NCBI GenBank assembly: GCA_964569045.1
Contig: CAZMSR010000001.1
Span: 66,593-130,592, forward strand
Reading direction: 5' to 3'
Length of the DNA stretch: 64,000 nt
DNA from: an uncultured Gammaproteobacteria bacterium
GTDB taxonomy: Bacteria; Patescibacteriota; Patescibacteriia; Patescibacteriales; BS150m-G62
Below are positions 10,795 to 19,219 of the stretch, piece by piece. The translations under genes and the position numbers were made by a program. How positions within the stretch are numbered: position 1 is the stretch's first letter; every line of letters starts with the position of its first letter. A model generated the notes under the pieces. The model was not told the origin of the DNA and searched no databases. It was given only the letters and a program-made list of their open reading frames with translations.

Positions 10795-10851
10795 AGTAAC
10801 TACCCGCTAACTCTTTGTTCAAAAAGCACAAAGAGTTAGCGGGTAGTTACT
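10795..10851. other. Perfect 23-bp inverted repeat hairpin (possible terminator or protein-binding palindrome)
   Basis: agtaactacccgctaactctttg (10795-10817) and caaagagttagcgggtagttact (10829-10851) flank the 11-nt loop ttcaaaaagca. It is relatively GC-rich and has no U-tract on either side. Confidence 0.6.
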
Positions 10852-10861
10852 AAACAGAAAC

Positions 10862-11494
10862 ATGAAAAAAATAATAATATTTGCAATAATTTTTTTAAAT
10901 GCTATAGGTGTTTATGTTTATATTATAAGCAATGAGGCTAAAATTAGTAAAGATGATAGAAGCATATTTAAAGAAATTGAAATTAATAAAGAGGACGAAT
11001 TAGACAAACTTGCTAAAGATTACCCAGAATTAAAAGAATTAGTAGAAAAAGTTAAAAAAAATAAAGCTATACTGGTTAATGATAAAGAGAGTATTATAAA
11101 TTATACTAATTTAGGGCTTGCTTGGAAAAGCCTTGCTGATTATGCAATGTCTTATAAAGTTGAAGATTACAAAGAATATTACAAGCAAGCTCAATTAGTT
11201 TACGAGGAAGCTATAGAAAAAACAAATAGGCTTAATACTTTATTTCTAGTCAATGCTGCTAAAATGGCTATATATAACCAGGAATTTAGTGTTGCAGAAG
11301 ATTTTTTTAAAGAGTCAATAGTTGTAGCTAGAGGGGACGCAGTTCTTTATGCAGAATTGGCTGAATTGTATGAGTATCACATGAGTAAAACAAAAGAAGA
11401 GATTTTAGAGGTGTATGACTTGGGCATTAAAAATGTAGTACAACCTACCCGTTTAGAAAAAAGAAAGCAAGAATATATAAATAGAGGTGATTAG
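10862..11494 (+). CDS. Membrane-anchored helical-repeat (TPR-like) protein, function unknown
   Basis: N-terminal TM helix KKIIIFAIIFLNAIGVYVYII. The remainder is helical and E/K/Y-rich (AWKSLADYAMSYKVEDYKEYYKQAQLVYEEAIE). Confidence 0.4.
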   Translation: MKKIIIFAIIFLNAIGVYVYIISNEAKISKDDRSIFKEIEINKEDELDKLAKDYPELKELVEKVKKNKAILVNDKESIINYTNLGLAWKSLADYAMSYKVEDYKEYYKQAQLVYEEAIEKTNRLNTLFLVNAAKMAIYNQEFSVAEDFFKESIVVARGDAVLYAELAELYEYHMSKTKEEILEVYDLGIKNVVQPTRLEKRKQEYINRGD

Positions 11495-11558
11495 TTTTGA
11501 GTTAAAGAGAAAAAGTGTTAAAATAAAAGTAGTTATTGACAAATAAACTACTTTTTAA

Positions 11559-13853
11559 ATGTTTAAAAAATTTATATATTATTCATTTAGTTTACTGGTA
11601 TTATGTTTTTTTTACGCTAATTCTAGTAAGGCTGAAATTATTCCGGCATATGATTATTATGCTAAAGAAATAGTAATAGAGCCTACTTATCCAACTGTAA
11701 ATCAAGATGTGGTTATTAAAATTAAAATAGAGAATTTAGGTGATTTAGCAGCAACGTCTACATCTAACTTTGATTCTTATTCAATAAATTTTGAAGATTT
11801 TGAGCTAACAAGCGCTAAGTTGGATAGCGTAACACAGACTCAGCAATTTAGGCCGGGCAAAGAGATATTCTATGAAATAAAGGGAAAATTTACTACAAAG
11901 GGTCTTAAAGACCTATCTTTTACTATTGATAGCGATAATGAATTAGCAGAAGAAAACGAAAATAATAATTCAATTAGTGGTGCTATAAGAATTGAAAATT
12001 ATGATGATTTGTCTATTGAAGATATTAGTTTTACACCTGAAAAGCCGGCAATGAATCAGGATATAACAATTCGTATTAAGGGTAAAAATAAAGGAAATCG
12101 TAATTTAACCAGCATGAAGGGTTTAACTACTTATGAATTAAATTTCCCTGATTTTGTAATAGATGATATTTCATCTAGCACGCGACCTTCTGTGTCTAGT
12201 CCGGTAGAGCCGGATGAATTTTTTTATATTGATGTTGAAGGGCGATTTTTAACCGGAGGTGAAAAATTGTTAGAGTTTCAAATAGATACCGGTGATGAAT
12301 TAGTTGAAAGACAGATTGATGATAACACAGATTTTGTTGATAGTAATGCTAATAATTATTATTCAGAATACTTAACAGTATTATCAGTTAACACTGATTT
12401 TGAAGTGAATGAAGTAGAAGTTGACTTAGATAAAAATGTAGTAAATTATGATACTGAGATAACTTATTTAGTAAAAAATAACGGAGAGACAACATGGACA
12501 ACTGCAGATGGACTTAAAAGAAGTTATTATAAATATATTAACGATGTTGATGAGGATTTCCCCGGTTTCGTTATTGAATCTAAAACACAAGATGAATTTC
12601 CTTCACTATCTAATCCAATTAAGTCTGGTGAAAAGTATAAATTTATTTACACCGGTAGATTTGAAAAAATAGGAACTCATAACCTGTATTTTGGCGTGGA
12701 TGTTAATAATAAGGTTATGGAGACTAATGAAAACAATAATGCTACAACAACAAGTATTACAATATACTCTACTGAAAATGAGGTTGACGCATTTAAAGTT
12801 TTAGATTTTGAACTAAATTACATCAGTTCGTCTTCGATTGAAGTAAAATGGAATACAAGCAAGCTTACTCAAGGCAAGGTTCTTCATCGATATAAGTGCT
12901 GTGAATTTCCTGTCATCGAAGTCGAAAGCGAAGTATCAGATGACGGAGCGTATGAGCATTCTGTGATTATTGATGATTTTAAGCCTGATGTTGGGTATTA
13001 TTATAAAATTGTTGCTACAAGGGACTCAGTTACTAAGGATCTAGGCTTAAGAGAGTTTTGGATGCCGGCGACTAATCAAATAAAATTTACTAGCAATCCG
13101 TCTGTTTTAGTAGATTCAGCTAATAAAAAGGCTAATATTGCTTGGAGTACTAATATAGTTGCAGATGCTAACTTGTATTATAAACTAAAAGAAAGTGAAG
13201 AATATAGTTTGTTGGCTACTTCTACCGCTTTTAGTGCTCATTCTTTTGATTTAACAAATTTAGACTTTGGTGAGTATGAATATTATGTTATTGCAAGTTC
13301 AACCGTTAATACTAGTGCAACAAGTCAAGTTCAGAGTTTTTCTTTAATAGAGCCTATAAAAGAGCGTGAATATTCTGCACCTACTGACTATTCTGTAAAA
13401 GATGTTTATAAATTAAGTGAATCAAAAGATGTAATATTAGTAACTAATGGGCAATTGTTTAAAAAATTAAAAGGCAAGATTCTTTTAAAAATTGAAGATG
13501 CTGGTGAGGCTTGGTATGTTAGCCCCGTAGATGCTAAAAAGTATTATTTAGGTAGGCCTAAAGATGCTTTTAATATTATGAGAACTTTAGGGATTGGTGC
13601 AACTAATGCGGATTTGGCAAAGATTCAAGTTGGAGATAAATATGTACCAAAAATGGCCAGAACCAAATTTGATCATGATTTTGCTAAAAAACATAGTGGA
13701 AAAATATTTTTAGCGGTTGAAGAAAATGGCGAAGCTTGGTATGTTAATCCTACTGATTTAAAGCGATATTATTTAGGTCGTCCGGAAGATGCTTTTAAGA
13801 TAATGAGAGAATTAAGCACAGGTATTACTAATGAGGATTTTATAAGTTTGTAG
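11559..13853 (+). CDS. Secreted multi-domain surface protein: CARDB-like repeats, FN3-like region and two C-terminal GEAWYV modules
   Basis: Signal peptide MFKKFIYYSFSLLVLCFFYANSSKA. CARDB-like segments (NQDVVIKIKIENLGDLAA..ENENNNS, NQDITIRIKGKNKGNRNL). Two roughly 50-aa C-terminal modules (GKILLKIEDAGEAWYVSPVDAKKYYLGRPKDAFNIMRTLGIG and GKIFLAVEENGEAWYVNPTDLKRYYLGRPEDAFKIMRELSTG). Confidence 0.6.
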   Translation: MFKKFIYYSFSLLVLCFFYANSSKAEIIPAYDYYAKEIVIEPTYPTVNQDVVIKIKIENLGDLAATSTSNFDSYSINFEDFELTSAKLDSVTQTQQFRPGKEIFYEIKGKFTTKGLKDLSFTIDSDNELAEENENNNSISGAIRIENYDDLSIEDISFTPEKPAMNQDITIRIKGKNKGNRNLTSMKGLTTYELNFPDFVIDDISSSTRPSVSSPVEPDEFFYIDVEGRFLTGGEKLLEFQIDTGDELVERQIDDNTDFVDSNANNYYSEYLTVLSVNTDFEVNEVEVDLDKNVVNYDTEITYLVKNNGETTWTTADGLKRSYYKYINDVDEDFPGFVIESKTQDEFPSLSNPIKSGEKYKFIYTGRFEKIGTHNLYFGVDVNNKVMETNENNNATTTSITIYSTENEVDAFKVLDFELNYISSSSIEVKWNTSKLTQGKVLHRYKCCEFPVIEVESEVSDDGAYEHSVIIDDFKPDVGYYYKIVATRDSVTKDLGLREFWMPATNQIKFTSNPSVLVDSANKKANIAWSTNIVADANLYYKLKESEEYSLLATSTAFSAHSFDLTNLDFGEYEYYVIASSTVNTSATSQVQSFSLIEPIKEREYSAPTDYSVKDVYKLSESKDVILVTNGQLFKKLKGKILLKIEDAGEAWYVSPVDAKKYYLGRPKDAFNIMRTLGIGATNADLAKIQVGDKYVPKMARTKFDHDFAKKHSGKIFLAVEENGEAWYVNPTDLKRYYLGRPEDAFKIMRELSTGITNEDFISL

Positions 13854-13993
13854 AAAGTTAGAATTAATGTCAAATTAAGGCAAGTGCAAGTTATACTAGG
13901 TTTACAAAAAAACTCTATTAAAAAAAGTTGGAGTTTTTTTGTTTTTTAAAATTAGTGTGATATTATTGAAATAATTAAATTTATTTTAAAGTT

Positions 13994-16234
13994 ATGTCAA
14001 AAAATATATATGAATTGATTTTAAAAGGAGGGCTTTATTTATCGCTTATAGCTGTTTTGCTTGTGTATAATGGATTTTTGTTTCCATTTATAACTACCAA
14101 GCAAATATATTTTAATATTTTAATTGAAGTTTTAAGTGTATTTTGGATTGTGTATTTGCTTAGATTTCCAGAAGAAAGACCTAAAAAAACATGGGTTAGT
14201 GTTGGGCTTGTTGCTTACTTTAGTGCGGTTTTGCTGAGTTCTATATTTGGAATAGACTTTAATTTAAGTTTTTGGGGTGATATTGAAAGGATGTTGGGGT
14301 TTTTTCATATAGCTCATTTTTTAGTGTTTTATTTTATATTAATCACTGTTATGCGTGAGTGGAAGGACTGGAAATATATGTTTGCATTTTCTCTTTTGCT
14401 TTCCGCAGTGGTTAGCTATAAATCACTTACCGGTAAGACATATTCAACTATTGGAAATACTGCTTATGTTGCCGGTTATCTTATTTTTAATATATATTTT
14501 GTTTTAATATTATTTTTTAAAGAAAAGAATTCAAAATTGAGATGGGTATATGTCTTGTTTTTGCCGCTTTTGGTAAAAACATTTTTAAATACTGGTTCGT
14601 CTGGTGGAACAGTCGGATTAGCAAGCAGTATTTTTGTTTTATTTTTTTTGTACGGATTATTTAGCGAAAATAAAAAAATCAAAAAAATAACTCTTGGACT
14701 CGCTATAATTTTAGTTATTGGAGTTGTGGGTTTATTTAGTAATAGAGAGTTGATAAAAAACTTCTCTGTTTTAAGTGATATAAGGTTGGATAAAAATACT
14801 TTTCAAACCAGGTTAATATCATGGAGGGCAGCTATGAATGATTTACCCAATCATACGCTTTTTGGGACCGGTTTTGGTAATTTTGCTATTACTTTTGACA
14901 AATACTTTGAGTCAACTTTTTATGACCACACTCGTTCAGAAACTTATTTTGATAGAGCGCATAATAATATTATTGAAATCGCTTCAACAACCGGTTTGAT
15001 AGGATTAATCACTTATCTTTCGGTATTTTTAGCGCTTGGCTTTAGTTTAATAAGAGGGTTTAAAAAAGGCGTGATTAATATAAGTGATTTTGCTTTAGTA
15101 AGTGCTGCGCTTGTTGGATATTTTGTACAAAATTTAGCTGTTTTTGACTCGCTTGTAACTTATACGGCTTTAATGATGGTTTTAGCATATAGCTATTATT
15201 TAAATAATAAATTAGAAATTAGAAATGATTTAGATAAAGTAATGCATAATATAGAAATAAATAAAATGCAAAATAAAAAGTATTTAGAGCAAAAAGATGA
15301 ACTAAAAGTTTTGGGCATTGTTGGTGCAATTATTTTTGTAATTATTTATAAAGGAAATATTGAGCCAATAAAAATGCTTAAATCAACAATACATGGCCAA
15401 GTGGCCTTTGCGCAAGGTAATGTTGAAGTGGGTTATAGTCATTATGTGAAAGCTTTAAGTTTTAATACCGGGCTTGATAGGGATTCAAGAAACACATTTG
15501 TTCGTGAAGTTGCTAATAGGCTTAAATTTTTTGAATCACTTGAAAAAGAAAAAGCAGAAGAAATTATTACTTTTGCAATTAATGCTATTGAAAAGAATGT
15601 TGAGATGAATCCAAGGGATAGTCTTGTGCTAATGCAGCAATCTCAGCTGTATAGATCTGTGGCAATGTATTATGGTAAATTAGATCCTCAAAAGGCGCTT
15701 GAATTTTTTAAAAAAGCTGATTTAGCTATTAATAAATCAATAGAAAGTTCTCCCGGAAGGATAAGGGTATATTTTTTTAAAGCACAAGTATTGCTTTCAG
15801 CAGGTAAAATTAACGAGGCAATTGATGTTTTAAAATATGCAGCAAGCTTAAATGAAAATTATTATGACAGTTTTTGTCATTTAGGAAATTTAGAGATAAT
15901 TGATAAAAGATTAGAAGAGGGTTATAAAAATATAGACAAGTGTCTCGAACTAGAAGGACAAAAAGTGCTAAGAGACCCAAAATTTGTTTTAGATTTAATA
16001 AAGCATTATCAGTCAAAAGAAGATATTGATAAAGTTATAATTCTTTTTGAAAGGCTTAGCGAAATTGATGCTAAAAATGCTCAAGTTCTTGTAGAATTAG
16101 CAAGATATTACGCTATTTCCGGAGAGATTGACAAGGCAAAAAAAACAGCCTTGCAGGCCGGCTTGGTTGATCCAACATTAAAAAAGGCAGCACAAGAATT
16201 TGTTGGCTCGTTGGGTAATGTTATTTCTGATTAA
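13994..16234 (+). CDS. Second Wzy_C / O-antigen-ligase-family membrane protein fused to TPR repeats (paralog of 8512..10779)
   Basis: Same architecture as 8512..10779. NTFQTRLISWRAA and AHNNIIEIASTTGLIGL box. C-terminal TPR region (NAQVLVELARYYAISGEIDKAKKTALQAGLVDP). Confidence 0.75.
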   Translation: MSKNIYELILKGGLYLSLIAVLLVYNGFLFPFITTKQIYFNILIEVLSVFWIVYLLRFPEERPKKTWVSVGLVAYFSAVLLSSIFGIDFNLSFWGDIERMLGFFHIAHFLVFYFILITVMREWKDWKYMFAFSLLLSAVVSYKSLTGKTYSTIGNTAYVAGYLIFNIYFVLILFFKEKNSKLRWVYVLFLPLLVKTFLNTGSSGGTVGLASSIFVLFFLYGLFSENKKIKKITLGLAIILVIGVVGLFSNRELIKNFSVLSDIRLDKNTFQTRLISWRAAMNDLPNHTLFGTGFGNFAITFDKYFESTFYDHTRSETYFDRAHNNIIEIASTTGLIGLITYLSVFLALGFSLIRGFKKGVINISDFALVSAALVGYFVQNLAVFDSLVTYTALMMVLAYSYYLNNKLEIRNDLDKVMHNIEINKMQNKKYLEQKDELKVLGIVGAIIFVIIYKGNIEPIKMLKSTIHGQVAFAQGNVEVGYSHYVKALSFNTGLDRDSRNTFVREVANRLKFFESLEKEKAEEIITFAINAIEKNVEMNPRDSLVLMQQSQLYRSVAMYYGKLDPQKALEFFKKADLAINKSIESSPGRIRVYFFKAQVLLSAGKINEAIDVLKYAASLNENYYDSFCHLGNLEIIDKRLEEGYKNIDKCLELEGQKVLRDPKFVLDLIKHYQSKEDIDKVIILFERLSEIDAKNAQVLVELARYYAISGEIDKAKKTALQAGLVDPTLKKAAQEFVGSLGNVISD

Positions 16235-16280
16235 CCATGAAAGCTATTCGATGTTTTGCAAATTAGTTTTTAGTTATTGT

Positions 16281-16331
16281 ATGTTCACTCATCATTTAGC
16301 ACTACGGTAGTATAGAATGATGAGTGGATAT
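16281..16331 (+). repeat. CACTCACCAT-terminus repeat family (A), miniature copy A3
   Basis: atgtTCACTCATCATTtagcactacggtagtatagAATGATGAGTGGAtat. The arms pair with a single T:G mismatch. Flanked by gttattgt / gttattat. Lies between convergent genes. Confidence 0.7.
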
Positions 16332-16335
16332 GTTA

Positions 16336-17526
16336 TTATTTATAAATATTATTTGTTTTTTTTATCATTGAGTTTATATTAAACGCATTTTCAACAGTTG
16401 TTTTAAGGTTTATGCCGTATTTTTTTCTTTTTTCTGCGTTATAAATAAGCTCACTAATTGATTTGGCTAATGCTTGAGAATTACTTGGCTCAACTAATAG
16501 CCCATTGTAGTTATTGCTCAAAATATCCGGTACTCCTCCAACATTAGTAGCTACTACAGCTCTTTCTGCTAGGCCGGCTTCTAATATTGAGTATGGTAAA
16601 CCTTCTTTTACTGAAGACGAAACATAAATATCAAAAGCTTTTAGGTATTTACCGGCATTGTTTATTGCTCCGGCTAAATAAATATCATCAGATAAATTTT
16701 CAGAAGTTATAAGTTTTTCTAATTTGTTTCGAGTTAAGCCTTTACCAATAATTATAGCTTTAATTTTTGTTTCATTGCCTATTTGTACTTGAAGAGCGGT
16801 TTTTGATATTTTAAAGGCTTTTATAAAGTTTTCATAGTCTTTTGTAGGGTATAAGTTTCCAATTAACCCTATTAATAGTGTGTTGCTTTCTAGATTAATA
16901 TTCTTGAGCGGTTTAATAGACCTTAGCTCTAGAAGAGCATTTTTTTTGTTTAAGAAATTGATTTTTTTGTTATTTATGCCATTTGATATTAATTTAAGTT
17001 TATTTTTTGGAATTCTTAAAATGTTTTGTGCAATATCTAAATCCTTTTTATTAATGCAAATTATAGTGTCCTTAAATTTTGCAAAAATTGATTCAGCTAA
17101 TTTATAGAATTTGATTTTTATTTTATTTAAAGGTTCTAAAAAAACCCAACCATGCACAGTGTATATAACATTAAATTGCATTTTATATATCCAAGATTTT
17201 GTAATAAAGCAAGCTAAACTACCAATGATTGAAATTTTTGAAGAATTTAAATGCACTATGCTGGGTTTAACAATTTTAATAATTTGAACAAGTTTAAAAA
17301 TCGTTATTATGTCCTTTATTGGGGATATGGAACGTTTCAATGAATTAATACAATAATACGAGATGTCGTGTTCTTTTAATTTTTTGGCAAATTCATTTTC
17401 TGTAGTCTCGCAACCGGCAATAACTCCAATGCGATATTCATCAGATAAATTACTAGCTAGATCATAAATGTATTTTTGGGCACCACCAAATTCAGATTGA
17501 GTCACAATATATAGTATTGTTTTCAT
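16336..17526 (-). CDS. Glycosyltransferase, GT4 family
   Basis: N-terminus SEFGGAQKY. C-terminus SVKEGLPYSILEAGLAERAVVATNVGGVPD (GT4 E-x7-E region). Confidence 0.85.
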   Translation of the reverse strand: MKTILYIVTQSEFGGAQKYIYDLASNLSDEYRIGVIAGCETTENEFAKKLKEHDISYYCINSLKRSISPIKDIITIFKLVQIIKIVKPSIVHLNSSKISIIGSLACFITKSWIYKMQFNVIYTVHGWVFLEPLNKIKIKFYKLAESIFAKFKDTIICINKKDLDIAQNILRIPKNKLKLISNGINNKKINFLNKKNALLELRSIKPLKNINLESNTLLIGLIGNLYPTKDYENFIKAFKISKTALQVQIGNETKIKAIIIGKGLTRNKLEKLITSENLSDDIYLAGAINNAGKYLKAFDIYVSSSVKEGLPYSILEAGLAERAVVATNVGGVPDILSNNYNGLLVEPSNSQALAKSISELIYNAEKRKKYGINLKTTVENAFNINSMIKKTNNIYK

Positions 17527-17586
17527 AAAATATTTTTTTTATGTGTAGTTATTTTATAATAATATACATTTAACAAAGATTGCTTT

Positions 17587-17784
17587 AGCATCCACTCACC
17601 ATTTTGTGTTAGGGTGGTGTAAATTTTTACTAATTATATAGTTGTAATGCAGTGATTTTTAATAAGAATCAAACGCACAAATTATTTTTTTATACAACTA
17701 TTTAAAATAACTAAGAGACACTGCGTGTTTAGCTAGGGTTAGTTAAGATTTATACTACTGTGGTGTTAAATGGTGAGTAGATAC
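17587..17784 (-). repeat. Family-A repeat, full copy A1 (198 bp), inverted partner of A2
   Basis: The reverse complement matches 18811-18964 plus 19130-19173 with two substitutions, by hand alignment. It carries the uninterrupted site caactatataattagtaaaaattt. Confidence 0.9.
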
Positions 17785-17798
17785 TCTACTTAACACCT

Positions 17799-18731
17799 CT
17801 ACTTAATGCCCATTTTCTTTTTATATAACGACAACCATTTAATTAAATCAATAGCAGGGTCCCAGGATAGTAACTTGTGAGCCTTTGAATTATTAGCAAG
17901 ATTTATTCTCGGCTCAATTCTTGGTTCAACATACGCAACCTCGCCGCCAATAGCTCGTGCAATTTCGTTTATACTATAATTTTTACCACTACCAATATTA
18001 ATAACTTCGCCAGAGCTTATACCATTGTTTAAGGCAGCCTTAATATTTGCTTGAGAAACATCATCGGCGCTCACAAAATCTCTGCGTTGTTCGCCATCTC
18101 CAGTTACTGTTAGAGCTTCACCGCTCAATCTCTGTCTAGTAAAAATACCTAATACCAAACTATAACCTCCTTTAAGCGACATTCTGTCCCCAAAAACATT
18201 AAAATAACGTAAACACACTGTTCTTAATCTATAAATATCGCTATATAATTTGCAATACATCTCCCCTGCTAGTTTTTGCACAGCATAAGGACTTAGTGGA
18301 TTTATTTTTGCTTCTTCGTTAACCGGGAAGCTCTCAGGATTTCCATAAATAGCCGCAGTTGAGCTAAACACAAACTTTTTAACATTAGCCAATCTTGACG
18401 CTTCTAATACATTTAAAGTTCCTTTTAGATTAATTTCATTATACAAAAGTGGATCTTCTATAGAGCCTTGCACAGCTACTAATGCCCCTAAATGAAAAAC
18501 ATAATCAACCCCACCAAACAACGACTTTATTTTATTAAAATACCTTATATCAGCTTTAACAAATTTTGCACCTGGATTTATATTTTCTTTTTTACCTGTA
18601 AAAAGATTATCAACTACAGTAACTTTAAAACCCTGCTCAATTAAAGCATCTACTAAATGAGAGCCTATAAAACCAGCCCCTCCTATAACTAAGCATTTCA
18701 TATATTTAAAATAATTTTTAATATTTAACAC
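17799..18731 (-). CDS. NAD-dependent sugar-nucleotide epimerase/dehydratase (GalE/WbpP-like extended SDR)
   Basis: VIGGAGFIGSHLVDAL (Rossmann fold) and SPYAVQKLAGE (YxxxK). 310 aa. Confidence 0.8.
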   Translation of the reverse strand: MLNIKNYFKYMKCLVIGGAGFIGSHLVDALIEQGFKVTVVDNLFTGKKENINPGAKFVKADIRYFNKIKSLFGGVDYVFHLGALVAVQGSIEDPLLYNEINLKGTLNVLEASRLANVKKFVFSSTAAIYGNPESFPVNEEAKINPLSPYAVQKLAGEMYCKLYSDIYRLRTVCLRYFNVFGDRMSLKGGYSLVLGIFTRQRLSGEALTVTGDGEQRRDFVSADDVSQANIKAALNNGISSGEVINIGSGKNYSINEIARAIGGEVAYVEPRIEPRINLANNSKAHKLLSWDPAIDLIKWLSLYKKKMGIK

Positions 18732-18810
18732 TAATATTTTATAATATCATACACTTCTATTTTACAGAAGTGTTGCACTTACTTATTGAATTCGGTCTAG
18801 GTTAGAGCAA

Positions 18811-19173
18811 GTATCTACTCACCATTTAACACCACAGTAGTATAAATCTTAACTAACCCTAGCTAAACACGCAGTGTCTCTTAGTTATTTTAAATAGTTG
18901 TATAAAAAAATAATTTGTGCGTTTGATTCTTATTAAAAATCACTGCATTACAACTATATAATTAGGGACTGTCGCCAAACTCGCCTCACCCATAAATTGT
19001 TAATTTTGGCTAAATTTTTTTCAAATTTTTTTGGCTTACCTTAGGGTAGGCCTCAAAAATTATTCAAAAAATTTATCTTAAAATTTCCAAATTTATGAAT
19101 TAAAGCGAGTTTGGCGACAGTCCCAATTAGTAAAAATTTACACCACCATAGCACAAAATGGTGAGTGGATGCT
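18811..19173 (+). repeat. Family-A repeat, full copy A2, interrupted by the 160-bp TIR element
   Basis: Runs from gtatCTACTCACCATTTaacaccacagtagtataaat to aaatttacaccaccatagcacAAAATGGTGAGTGGatgct. 198 bp of A sequence plus the 160-bp insert plus a 5-bp duplication gives 363 bp. Confidence 0.9.
18965..19124 (+). mobile_element. 160-bp MITE-like TIR element, copy B1 (nested in A2), TSD AATTA
   Basis: GGGACTGTCGCCAAACTCGC ... GCGAGTTTGGCGACAGTCCC are 20-bp perfect TIRs. AATTA lies at 18960-18964 and 19125-19129. The empty site is present in A1. No ORF. The body is an imperfect palindrome. Confidence 0.9.
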
Positions 19174-19219
19174 TAGTAGATAGTTATTATTTTTATTTTT
19201 TTGTGTTATAATATTTGTA

